Shown: positions 40,901 through 53,700 of the stretch, in pieces
Position numbering within the stretch: position 1 is the first letter of the stretch
How the letters are laid out: every line of letters begins with the position of its first letter
From: Trichoplax adhaerens
Lineage: Eukaryota; Animalia; Placozoa
Direction of reading: 5' to 3'
DNA length: 64,000 nucleotides
Assembly: GCF_000150275.1 (NCBI RefSeq)
Contig: NW_002060944.1
Span: 9,014,159 to 9,078,158 of the forward strand
Made by a program: the position numbers and the translations under genes
Notes under the pieces: generated by a model
Database searches by the model: none
What the model was told of the DNA's origin: nothing
Seen by the model: only the letters and a program-made list of their open reading frames with translations

Positions 40901-43900
40901 TACTGGAAATACATGCTTCAACATTGCTATCGAGAACTGCAATACAGAAGTCGGACTTGAAATGATACGCAATCAGAAGTATGTAATAAATTATTTGCTT
41001 TACCGCCCTAATATCACCGTTCTTAATACCGAGCAATGTTGTTACCCTATTATTAAATTATGATACCGTAAGAAATAAATTCATACTAACTAAAAATTAT
41101 CATTTTCTAATCTCACATTCTGTAACTCTTATTAAATTACTAAAGCTGGAGAGCAGTCATGGAGCATCGAGGTAGCGACGGGTATTTGCCGATGAAAAAG
41201 TTAATTGAAAAAACTCCTAAAGTAGCCGAAGTAAGAGAATAAAATATCATTAGATTTTGTAGCACTAATTTACTATTGCAATATTACCTAATATTACTAC
41301 TATTGCCTGTACTTATTAAACACCTTTGCAAAGTAAATATGAAGACGTTTAAATAAGCGAAGAATCCAGCATTACTATGCACATGTAATCATTATCATGT
41401 TTGCCAATTAAGCGCCGAAAACTTTCATAACTATAGTCACAATTTAAGTTACAAGCAATCAAAGCAAACACTTCTCATAAAATTAAACAGCACTATTGTG
41501 CACATTTTATATATTATCATTATCCTGTTTGTCAATCAAGCGCCGAAAAATTTCTATAATTTTAGTCACAATTTAAGTTAGTACCAATTGAAGTAGAAAC
41601 TTCTACTAAAATTAAATAGCACTATTATGTATACCCAATCATTATCATGTATTTATTTTCAGGCCGTGATGGATAGATGTGTTGTATTATCTAATCATTC
41701 TGAAAATCACCCTGACGCTTTCGTAAGAATTAGCTTTAAATAGATAAGTTTTAATTTGCATATCTTTAAAGTATGTAACCTATATTTTTACATCATTATT
41801 GAACTTCATACCTAGTTATAATAATAACCTCAAAATTACAGCTACTCTGAGAAAATTTTAATTATAGCACTTAAGTAATTTCACTTCAATTGATAGATCA
41901 CATTCAATTATCAATACATCGAATCACCGCCTCAAAATTCTGAACTGAAGGAAATTAAAGATAAATATTTAGCAATTTCGGTAAAGAGATCTATGTCATT
42001 AGCCTTTCTCTCTGCTATTAATCGGGATTTAGTTTGCAGAAGCTTGTACATATTATTTCCAAATTTACAACACAATATTTCTATCAGGTTTTAAGTCATA
42101 ACAGTTTTTCTATATTAAACAAATCTTTTCAATTTTAAGTTATCTTTTTCTATCTATCTAAGTGTGCATGAAAATAAAGTAACGTATCTTCTTAAATACT
42201 ATACGGAGCCTATATTATCTTTTTAAAGCTATAATCGCTTTCTGCATTGGATAAATATTTCAATCTTAAATTATCTTTCTCTATCTATTTAATTATCAAT
42301 GCAAAATGAAGCTAATTCTCATCTTAAACTATCTTATTTCTGTGTGATTAATTTTAACAGTTTGAATGTAGCTACCATATTACGGCCTTAGTAAGGCAGA
42401 TTATATAACTTTTTATTATTCTAGCAGTTCTAGCTTAGTTTCCGATATATCTCATCTATAGTGTATCCATACCATACTAGACATCTATGTTTGTAACTTG
42501 ACCTAATAATATGCAAACTATTTGGCTAAGAAAATAACTTATATTATTAGAGTATGGTTGAACATAGTCGTACTTCTCTACTATCTCACCCATTGACGAT
42601 GGCATACAGGATGGACAAATGGTACTATAAAATGATTACTTATCAGCATTATTATAGTTATTTTAAGAAACTGTTTAAAACAAATACTCCAATTTTAGGA
42701 AAAACGGTATAGGCCTGGCTTTCTACTCCGAAATATTAATTTATTTTATATTAATATGCGGCTATGTCACAATCATGGGAATTGATCTGTTTTGCAATTC
42801 TTCAGAAAATACTACAAATAATGCATCGATGGTAATTTATGTAAAATTTTAAGTTGGCTCTATGGTTTTTCGGCATAAAAATATTAGTATATAGCGTACT
42901 AGTTAATTTATTATGAGAAAAAAACGTATTCGTAAGGTTCTTTGAGAATTAATTCATATACCTTTAACTTAAATAGGATTGTGAGGTAGTTCCAACGGGC
43001 ATTATTAATGCGGCACCTGTAATAATACTGATTATAGGAGCATTGGTATTTATATTCCACTGTATTCACTTCTATATAAGAGTAAGTATTGAAAAACGAT
43101 GGTAGTCATATAATTACAACATCCTTCAACACACAGCTAGTCTAATAATTCCAGTTTTATTAAAATTTGGTAGTTTTACTCTCTACTTGAAACGTAAATG
43201 TTAATATGATGATTCCAGATTTATTAAAATTTGGTTATTTTATTCTTTACTAGACTCAAAAATTAGCAAATATTAGTACGCTATAATTTCAGTTGCTACT
43301 GACCATAAATTTTAATAAATCGAATATTTTAAGTACAGATATAAATGTTCACATTTTAAATTTAAATCTTATTATTTTAGTACTCTAATATAGCATAAAA
43401 ATTCATATCTTTAGCAATCATGTTTCTATCTCGGTTATACTTCATAGTAAATTAGATGTAGCTTTTGTATCACTTTATGTCTTCTAAGATGATATTCCTG
43501 CTACAATTATACGTATTATATAGCCAACAGAAGCTATTAAGAATGCATTTGTCAACCTCGAAGAAGCGATCATAGGACTTTGCTCGATTATATTTGGCAT
43601 ATTATCCTTAGTATTCGGCAGTAACGTGGTTAACTCTCAAGTGGGCGCTCTATTGGTATTTTTATCGTTGATGATTATCTTAGTCCAGTTACAGAGGTAA
43701 ATATTGTAACTAATTAATAGTTTATTCAGACATCTTTTGATATCCATAATCTTCACAAGAATTCCTAATTTTAATGTACCGGCTTTCATGAATAGAACGA
43801 AATTTTTTGGACCGTACATCCTCATGTTTATCACAGTTTTCAAGACAGTAATCAAAGTTATGGTATTGGTTTTTCTCGCCCTTATTATATTTGGAATATC

Positions 43901-45886
43901 ATTCCAATTTGCTTTTAATGCAGCCAAGGTAGGTTGAGCTGTTTAGTACTTCCATGATTGCTATTTTGCAAGAAATATACGAAAAAGCGATATCTAATGG
44001 CGATATTTTAATAGATTGCTCCATTTAATGAATTCATTACATCCTGCCTCAAGATTTTGGTTATGTTTCTTGGTGAAATTGATTTCTCTGCAAATTTTGG
44101 ATCTAGAATTCAGGGATTACCCCCCGCTCAAGTGGTAGCGATAGCCCTGTTACTAATCGCTTTCGTTCTTATCGTCAACGTTACCCTAGCGAATTTACTA
44201 GTAAGTCGGTTCGATAAAATAACCGAATTTATAGAGCAGTATTTCATATCTATGAAAACATCTATATTACCATATAGCCTACCACACAACAAAGTATTCT
44301 AAAATTATCTGATTCAAGAACAGCAGTGACTAGAATAGACATATATGGAAATACATGATATTACTCAAGTATAATGATACAGGTGCAGAAAGAGTAAATA
44401 CATATTCGTAAGATGGACACAGATCAATTGTAGGAGTGGAAATATCTCCTGCAGATTCCAAGAACATTTTTCAGCTTAACCAAAAAATTTCTCTTCATAA
44501 TTAAGAACTGTGATACCTCTAATTTACTATAGAAATGGATCTTAGTGAATGACTAGGATAGCAGATAAGATACGATTTTGGGCTACCTTCCAGCTACATT
44601 CTTCATAGATTCCAATATTTTTTCAGCTTAACCCAAATATGTCTCTTTAAAATTAAGAGCTACTAATAATTTAGAAACAAGATCAATCCCGCAGAATACC
44701 ATACGTAGTAAGAATCAGTATGATATAGGTTTCGAATTCCCTTGAAGCTTATTCCGCCAGCAAAACTACTCCAAAATTTAACTGAAAATATCCATTACAT
44801 CATCATAATGTTTTATAAAATGAATTGGAAAACAAAGACTAAATCAATCCTATTCTTCTTCTACTTTCTCAGACTGCTCTTGCTGTCGGCGATATACATG
44901 CGTTACAGCAAACTGCTCAAATAACAGATATCATCCATGCGCTTGTATTAATAAGCGAAGTTAATTGCGAATTGCCACTAATTATAAGGAAAAAATTATA
45001 CACACCTATAAGTGTTTACCGAATGCGAGGACCACGTGGCAAATTTAGACATGTATGTATGCGTATATTGTATATAGCATTTATACTCGTATACATATAT
45101 GTATATCTGTATCATTTTTTAATATGGATACCAGGGAAATTTAATATGATATCCATGAGCATTAACCTTTACTAATTTCATTCCTAGAATTTGATATAGT
45201 AGTCTTCATACTGGTCAATAAAGCATTAGTAGACCGCAACAAACTTTTCATATAGTTCTTAATGCATTTTAGATACTATACAGTAAACATACAATCATAA
45301 TTATAAATTTACAATCAGCATATACCATCATTGCAAAGTATAAGATTACGGAAAGTGTAAGGAGTCAATTTCTTAGTTAAACATAGTGCATTACATAAAC
45401 TGCAATATCCTCAGACTGATAATGATTGTAACGCAATTTTGAAGGTTGTTAATCGGTACTTTAGTTATTTTTTACATTTATTCCAGTATATTTGGGAGAG
45501 TACTTCGCAGAGAGCAGCTCTTATAAAATGTGTCCAGGACAGACTTTCGCCAGTGCAAAATGAAAGTAACTTATCCTATGAACTTCAAATAAGCGCGAAA
45601 GATAAAGATTTACATAATTCGTACGTAAAACTAAGAGTAGATCCGGATTTATCGGAAAAAGTAACAGTAAAACATAGCTGATACTACTAGGCAAAGTTCC
45701 ATCCATAAATAGCTTTCTAATGTTTTATAAAATATGCTGATAGCATTCCAGAATACCATGACCTTAGAAATGAATTTTCTTGTTTCAAATAGGAACGCAA
45801 AGCTGCACAAGTCAATCGCGGAACTAAAGCGGATGATAGAAAAAGTAAATGCTAAAGTTGATGCAATAACAGAATCTCAGACATAA
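34974..45886 (+). CDS. TRPA1: TRPA1-like ankyrin-repeat cation channel, paralogue B (25 exons)
   Basis: Exon structure matches paralogue A at the junctions checked. Exon 1 34974-35216 (MIKP...NFVDPDMLPLYQ), exon 2 from 37150, pore exon 44015-44200 (MFLGEIDF...NVTLANLL), exon from 44873 (TALAVGDIHALQQTA), last exon ends TAA 45886. Ankyrin repeats, AVMDRC and LLSHPL...KW motifs are present. No stops or frameshifts seen in the exons read. Confidence 0.91.
41370..41650. repeat. Diverged tandem duplication, about 130 bp unit, TRPA-B intron
   Basis: CATTATC.TGTTTG.CAAT.AAGCGCCGAAAA...TAGTCACAATTTAAGTTA...AAAATTAAA.AGCACTATT occurs twice. Confidence 0.75.
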
Positions 45887-46649
45887 AAAAGGACTTCAAG
45901 GCTCTAAAACAAAAGCGGAAATATTATCTGCCGATCAGATTACCTATAGTAAAAGTTTTACGATCGTAGTATCTTAACGGCCAGAATATATGATATTCTT
46001 TAAGAAATTTACATTCAATAAGCTAGAATAGACCGAATAGAACTCTTTAATACACTTACTATATGTACAATCTTCATAAATAATACCAATATTCAAATTT
46101 AGCTTTGTCATTAGTATACCATCATCAAGGTACCTTATTCATTAATTTGCCATGGATAACCATATCACTCCAATAATAATGTAATTTTCCTCAATTTTAA
46201 TATTAGTAACGGTCGGTTTCATCGACCAATATAGCAATAATTACAGCCAAAACGAATGTTTAATCATAGCATTTAATTTTTTAAACTGTACTTTACTGAA
46301 TGTGGTAACAAATAGTGATTAACGTTTTAAATATTCATTGAATTTTAAACTACCTAGAATCGCATTGTATTTATACTTAACTGCCAAAATCATTTACCGC
46401 TTCTTTAGCAGATTAAATTAAATTCTCTTAAAGCGTATAGCTTGAAAATAAATATCTAACCTTAGGTATAACAAACTATATTATTCATTCATAATGTAGG
46501 ATTATAACAATTTGCATTCTCTCTAAATACGAGCACATTATGACGATTCAGGGTTGCATTAAAGGTTATTTAAAGATTATAAACTACAAACTGGTATCTG
46601 AAATAGTATTCTTTTATAATTTTTACGAATCCGAGAACTTTTCAATTTG

Positions 46650-46985
46650 CTTCTATATTAAACCGCTGGAGAATTCCGATTTTATTCAGCTATTTGCCGA
46701 GCTTAAACACCCTTCGGCAGCAGCTAGCATGATTGATCCATCATAAGATTATGAAATTTAATCCATATTGGATAGCTAAACTAATACAGAAATATTGATA
46801 ATTATAGACATATACCGAATAATTCTAAATGAACAGACTACAGTATGTCTATTCAGTGAATTATTTATAGCATGATTTAACGTAATAAATAATAACTACC
46901 CTGATTTTTACTGTAAGCCATTAATATTTATCACCCAAGTAAGCGTTTATTCAGCTATTTATTCACGATAGTTCGTATCGTGACA
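46650..46985 (-). mobile_element. Solo-LTR-like element, family B, 3' end eroded
   Basis: The minus strand starts TGTCACGATACGAACTATCGTGA. 46677-46870 is the reverse complement of about 16320-16520 (TTTTATTCAGCTAT.TGCCGAGCTTAAA.ACCCTT.GGCAGCAGCTAGCATGA). The left boundary is approximate and no TSD was recovered. Confidence 0.65.
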
Positions 46986-47701
46986 CCAATACAACTAATT
47001 AACTCATCAAGATTATCATGACAAGTCAAGGCCCAAGGCCTCTAAATCCTAACTATAATGCGAATTGTTACATAATACCCCGGAAATTAGTCTCATCTGT
47101 TACATTATCTATTATCGCTACTGTAACTGCTGTGCCATTATGACGTCAAAAAGAAGAAGAGGAAAAATTATTAAAAATATCCAATGCTATCAATCACAGT
47201 CGTTATAACGGTTAATTAAGATTGATTTATGTAATCATAATCACGGTATCTATCTAGTCAAGTGCAATGTTGTAATTTCTACCATCTGATTGTGCGCATT
47301 AATAATTATATATGTATTACCCATTGTATATCAGTCGTTAAGATAAAAGGGAATGCAAATTAATATTAGGCTTTAATTAATTCAATCAAGACATCTTCTT
47401 ATATTTAATGGATCTTTAAATTGACCTTTTCTTTATAATCGAATTTTCGAAGGAGTTTGGACTCTTCGTTAACTGATGAAATAATTTCATTGTTGAATGT
47501 AACAAAATATCACCAGAATTGGCTTTCGTCTACATTTTGTTCCCTTCTTACCACTTAATAACTTTCAATCATAGTTTCGACACCGTACTAATCTAGTCAC
47601 TTAAGAAATAATTTTGAAAGTCGTTAGCAATCAAAGTTTGATCAGTATAGGGCGTAAAATATCAGTCTAAGAGGTAGCCAAAAAAAAGTTCAAATTAAGA
47701 A

Positions 47702-50700
47702 ATGATTCAGCCATATCTAGCAGAAGATGTCAAAGAGGCAGAAGTGGCAGATAAAAAACAAAAGAAAAAGAGTAAAGAAGAGAAAGATGTCGAATTACAA
47801 AGCCTAACAGACCAGAAAGAAAGTCGGTTTCAGCGGACTCCAATTTTATCCTTTAAATTTCTTCAAAGTCTCAGGGCGCCTACAACATCGATTGCTAGAA
47901 GAGCTTTCACAAGGAATAAAATTAATTCTGAAATGCTACGAGTTTATAAAGTAAGTTTTCCCCGTAGAAAGTAAACAATAGACATTGTCAGTGCATCATA
48001 AAACTATTGTAAGCCATCAGTTTCCTACAGGAGGGTAGAGTAATGATGCCATTGATGGCTATTTTAATGCATATTCGGCAATTATCAGCAATCTGTGAGA
48101 TAGGTATACAAATCAATTACCACTATAACAATCTATAAAATTTAGCAGTCTTAATTAAAATATTTTCTTTACTGATCCTTTACGCTATAATGGTAACCAA
48201 TACGAAAGTATCCTATTTTGGGCTAAATTATCAGTATTAAATTCATTTCCTGTATCAATACTTTACTAGATTTATGGCACTGGTTTAAGCGATATTATAT
48301 CAGTAAATTCTGTGATTAATAATAAAGAACATGCAAAAATAAGCAGTATAATCGCATTTCATAATGATGTATAACCGAGATTAAAGTCGTATTGTCCTAC
48401 TATGAATAAAGGTTTCTTCACTCTTAACTAGTTATGCAATGAATCCGATAATAATCTGCTATCATGATAGTTGTTCTTCAAGGTATGCCAACAATTCGGT
48501 CCTGTGACATAAATAGCAGAATGAAGAAATTTGATTTAAATCTATAACTATAAGACAGTTTAATCATATCTAGCAATAAATATGATTTTTGCTGCAATTA
48601 GTTCATGGCAATGAACTTTAGTCATTACTCACTTTGGAGTAGAATAGGAGCATATTCGCCTATTTTATTCTCGAGCGTTTTTCAAAGATCGTCAAACTAG
48701 CACATTTTTAATATTATTTAACCATTAATCACTTATAACTTCCATGCTTCCTTGTTTATTGTTATTACTATGATACTGGTAGTAGTTTAAAACACTGTTT
48801 GTCATAAACCAGCTTCGTGACAAAGATAACGTAAAACAAATCTCTAAATTACTATAGCCTCCGGGATTCAGTATCCCTTAACTACCTCACAAGAATTTAG
48901 ACGTCTTTGATTCTACGTTAAAACAACTATACAATTGAGAACTGCTTTATTCAACTATCTGACGGGCTTATATACCCTTCTACAACAGCTAACATTCACG
49001 AGTCATCTTATAAAAATACTTAGGTGAGAACGTCTACTAACTAATTTTTCACAGTCGGACTACAATATGTTCATTCACAGAATCATTTCAGTACACAGTA
49101 CAGCACAGCATTAAATTTACTGTAACACATTTATAATTAGAGTAATTCCTACTGTAAGTAACTAGTTGTAATATATTATCACTATATTACATTAACCAAA
49201 TTTAGATGGCTATTTCTTCACGGTAGTTCGTACCGTGACACTCTTCCATCGATCTATTCAACAAGCAACTTTAAAAAGGTTGAGTTTACCGAAATTCTGT
49301 CCGATAACATAAGTAGCAGAATTAGGAGATTCAGCTTAAATCTATGAGAAAAAACACAGTTTAGGTAAATTAAAGACTAACAATAATTTTCCTATAATTA
49401 TTTCATATCCATAGCTTTTAGTCATTGCATATTATGGAGTAGGATAGGAACGTATTTGAAAATATCATTCTCCAATATTTACCAAAAAAATTTAAACTAG
49501 CCCTTTCATGGTTTTTTTAAGTCTTGATTCAGTTATGATTTCAATGTTTGCTCGTTTATGGCTATTATTATGATCGTAATTTAAAAGTATTATACCCTAT
49601 ACATATTCAGTAAGTAACTTTAAAAAAGCTGAGTGATATCTTTCAATTCTTAACGAATGAAAATATATTATTTAAAATTTGTGATAGGCTTGCGAAACTG
49701 GAGATCTAGCAACCTTACAAAATATTATTGACGACAATTATGAAAAATGTGAAACCTACACAACGGAAATGATCAATTCCGCCGATGAAAATCTTTTGAC
49801 TCCTTTACACTATGCCAGTATCAATAATCAAGTGGAAGTGATTACTTACTTGCTATCAAAAGGCGCAGGTATACGTTGATCATAGAATAAGCAGCATAAG
49901 TATTTGCGTCGACATAAGATACAAATTCCAATTACCTAATTAAACTTTCTGGCCGTAAATTAAACTAAGTTCTACTTTATTCATCCAATACCATTCAAAA
50001 AGAAATCGATGCTGTTGGTGGTAAATTAAATAGAACACCGTTGATGATGGCGATCCATCTCAATCATTACCAGGCTGTGTGTACATTACTAGATCATGAA
50101 CCCGATGTTTGTGTAAAAGATAATCATTTCCAACAGATATTGCACATCGTAGCACAGCAGGGTAATGTTGAAACAGCAAAGGTTTGTTGCTATGCAACTT
50201 ATAGTAATATGCCAACTTCAGTTTTAAAGTCCTACAACATTTCCAGTGATAAGTGTTTGAATTGATTGCGTTCTGTATCAGTCACGTTCTTTTCACAAAT
50301 ATCCTTAATTTTTTAAATAAGCGATGTGGAAAATGAAGTAACATTATTTTATCTCTGTAATCGAATTATAGCTCCTACTTCAATATTTAAAGGAATTGGC
50401 TATACAAGCATCATTCCTAGATGATGTAGATAATGAAAACATGACAGCTTTACATTATGCCTCAGACAAGTGTCATTATAATATCTGTACGCTACTAGTA
50501 AGTCGAGAGGAAAGATTGGATATAAATGAGCCATAGAGTGATTTTTAATTATAATTTAATGAAATTGGCGATCATCAATCTTATCTAGATTGAGCATGGA
50601 TGCCAGCTTTCTTTGGCTGCGTTAGATGGATCTACGGCACTTCATTTAGCTGCATATCGGCAAGATGTGCGATTAGTACATCTATTCCTAAGTAAAGGTG

Positions 50701-53700
50701 ATTTATATCTTAATAGTTTGTCTGACACTTTGATAAATTTTTATAAAATCAATTGCTTAATTTTAAAACTAATTCCAAATTTTTCAATAGCAAATAAGCG
50801 AGGAAAATCATCACTAATTAACTGCCAGGATAAAGATGGTAAAACAATATTGCAAATTGCAGTAGAAATGAACAACTATGAGGTATTTTTAATGCAAATG
50901 TGACTGTTGTTCTTTACTATCACAGCTAAATATAAGTGCTTTACTTAGTTTATAAAATATTGATCCAACTAAAGACCTAAAAATATTTATAAATTAGTAT
51001 ATGAAATCATTCTACAAAATTATAGATTGCTAAATTGTGCCTGAGCTATAACGCCGATCCAAACTTTCGCAATAGTGATGATTTCCAAACTTCCGATTTG
51101 GTATTAAATCGTTCTGATTTCTAAGTTAATCAAGTCCCCTACTTTCATCAACAAGTGCATCCCTATCTAATCAATCTTTACAAATTCAATATCAATTGCA
51201 TAGAATACAGTAAGATCAGTCCTACATGTAGCCGCCATTAATGGGCAAATTGACTTGGTAGAACTACTTCTGCAGCATAAAATGCCCATAGACACCGTTG
51301 ATAGCACAGGAAGAACAGCAATGCATGGAGCTGTTATAGGCAAGAATGTCGAAATGATTGACTTTCTTCATGCAAAGGTATTTATAAGATAGTGTAAAAG
51401 AACTCTATTGATGCCATTATTCAGCAACCATCTTTTGCAATCTCTCAATAATTAGTGTAATTTACCAATAAATTGTATTGCTTCAGATGAGTTTATAGTG
51501 TTGAGGGAATTCATTAATTTTACAGGACAATAAGTATGGTTTAATAGTGTCATCGAAGTGCATTGAATTAGAATTTATTTTAACTTTAACGTAGATACGA
51601 GTTGTTCTCCATAGCACATTAAAAGGTATGACATTATTGATTTAGTAGAGCGCCTACTGAGGCCACTGAAAGCAATATATACAAGCGAATGCTAGTACAT
51701 ATTACAAATAATTAATTAAACAATCTTTGCTAATCTGTTTAGTTACTCTATTCATTAAAGAGCTTATTTTTACTTAACTGATTTATCTTATTTGTTCTTA
51801 AAAAATCAATCGTCATTATTAGGGTCTTTACCTAGATTCGATATGCCAGCATGGTCTTACTCCATTGCTAACTGCAGTTAAGAAAGGATTCGCTGACATA
51901 ACTAATAAACTATTAGAGCTTGGAGCAAATATTAAAGTTCTAGATAAGAATCAACAAACTTGTCTACACTATGCTATTCAGCATGAGGATTCTTCTATAT
52001 TACAACTCTTACTAAAGGTGGGTAATTCTTCGCTCCATTAAAATGGATAATCCTGCATAAATAGGCAGCACTAGATTCTAACCACCCTTCAACATCTACA
52101 TACTACGTACTCGTATATTTCATTTTAGAATGGTGCTAAGCAATTAATCAATTGTCACGATGATGAAGGAAATACCCCATTATTGACATCTGTTCACAGC
52201 AAGAATAGCAGGGTAGGCAAATTACCTTCTTTTACGATAGAATTCCAGCAGTATCAGCTATTACTATTCAGAATTTTCATTCGGAATAGCAATCTTAGAG
52301 CGATATAGCTTACTTGCAGTACAACAGTTCTTGATCAACGTCTTACCTTCTTGAAAATAGGCAATTGAAATCCTATTAAATAATGGGGCTAATTTAGCGA
52401 TTGTTAACAATAATGGCGATGGATATCTGCACATCGCTGCTGCTAGAAATTTCCATAATCTCATCAAAACCTACTGTAATATTGGTAGCATTAACGTTAA
52501 CGTTAAAAACAAAATTGCCAAAACGCCGCTCCATATTACTGCTGGTCTTGGCCATTTGAAAACCCTGCAGACTTTGCTTGATCTTGGAGCAGATGTTAAT
52601 AACTGGTTAGTCTTCTTCTATCTAAATTAATTAATGAGAATAGTATTAGATGTCCATCAGAATCGGTAGCACATATTTAAAATCGTCTTCTTTCCGATAT
52701 ATCCAAATGCAGAAATTGAATAAAAATGATATAAAGCAGCTAATTTTGAACAACTATTATTTTAGTGATATTTTAGGAAATACCCCTCTGCATGAAGCCG
52801 CCAAAGCTAACCAAACCGAAATCGTTAAAATTTTGCTAAAGCAAGGCAGCTATGTCAATACAACCAATAGAAAAAGGGTATGTTAACTGCAATAGACTTT
52901 CCATTAGCTTTACTTAGGTAATCACTTTCTTATTCAATTCAATCTTATTGAACAGGAAACGCCTATTCATTTAGCTTGTGCTGAAAATGCAATCCAAGTA
53001 GTCCAGATTTTATTAGCAGCAAATGCTGATATATCTATCAAAAATTTAAGAAGCCAAACTTGCTTTAATACAGCAGTGGAAAATAATTGCAAAGAAGTAG
53101 CATTCCTATTGATCGAAGACAAGAGGTAAAAATTTTTTTAAAGTTACTGCTAATAGGCTCCACTGTAATAAATCGAAAACTATACCCTAATAAAATATAC
53201 TAGCAAAACCCATGGAAATCTCACAGATTATATTATAATTTTAAGTTAATAGAATAATCTCATTATTATGATTTGATAATTGAGTTGATTCTAATGACAG
53301 TGGACAGTTCCAATTTTTAACGATTTACGCATCGATTCGCGTATATCTAGAATTATTTCCACCACACTCGATTTTACTAGGGTAGCTTCAATTTCGATTT
53401 TCGCTATGCTTGATATAAGAAACACTATAAAAATGATATTTTTCTTAACTAACCTCAAACTCTTCAATGCATTGAACAAATATTCATTCAAAGTGAACCC
53501 ATAACTAAACGTAATATTTCAGATGGCAAACAGTGATGGATTGCCGCGGTGAAGATGGATATACACCCATGAAACAGCTAATAGAAAAGATGCCCGTAGT
53601 TGCTGAGGTAATGGAAGCAGGATAAATCTAAACACAGCAATTACAATTACTCGAATTCAGATATAGTTATGGTATATCGGTGGTCTAGGATAGCCAATAG

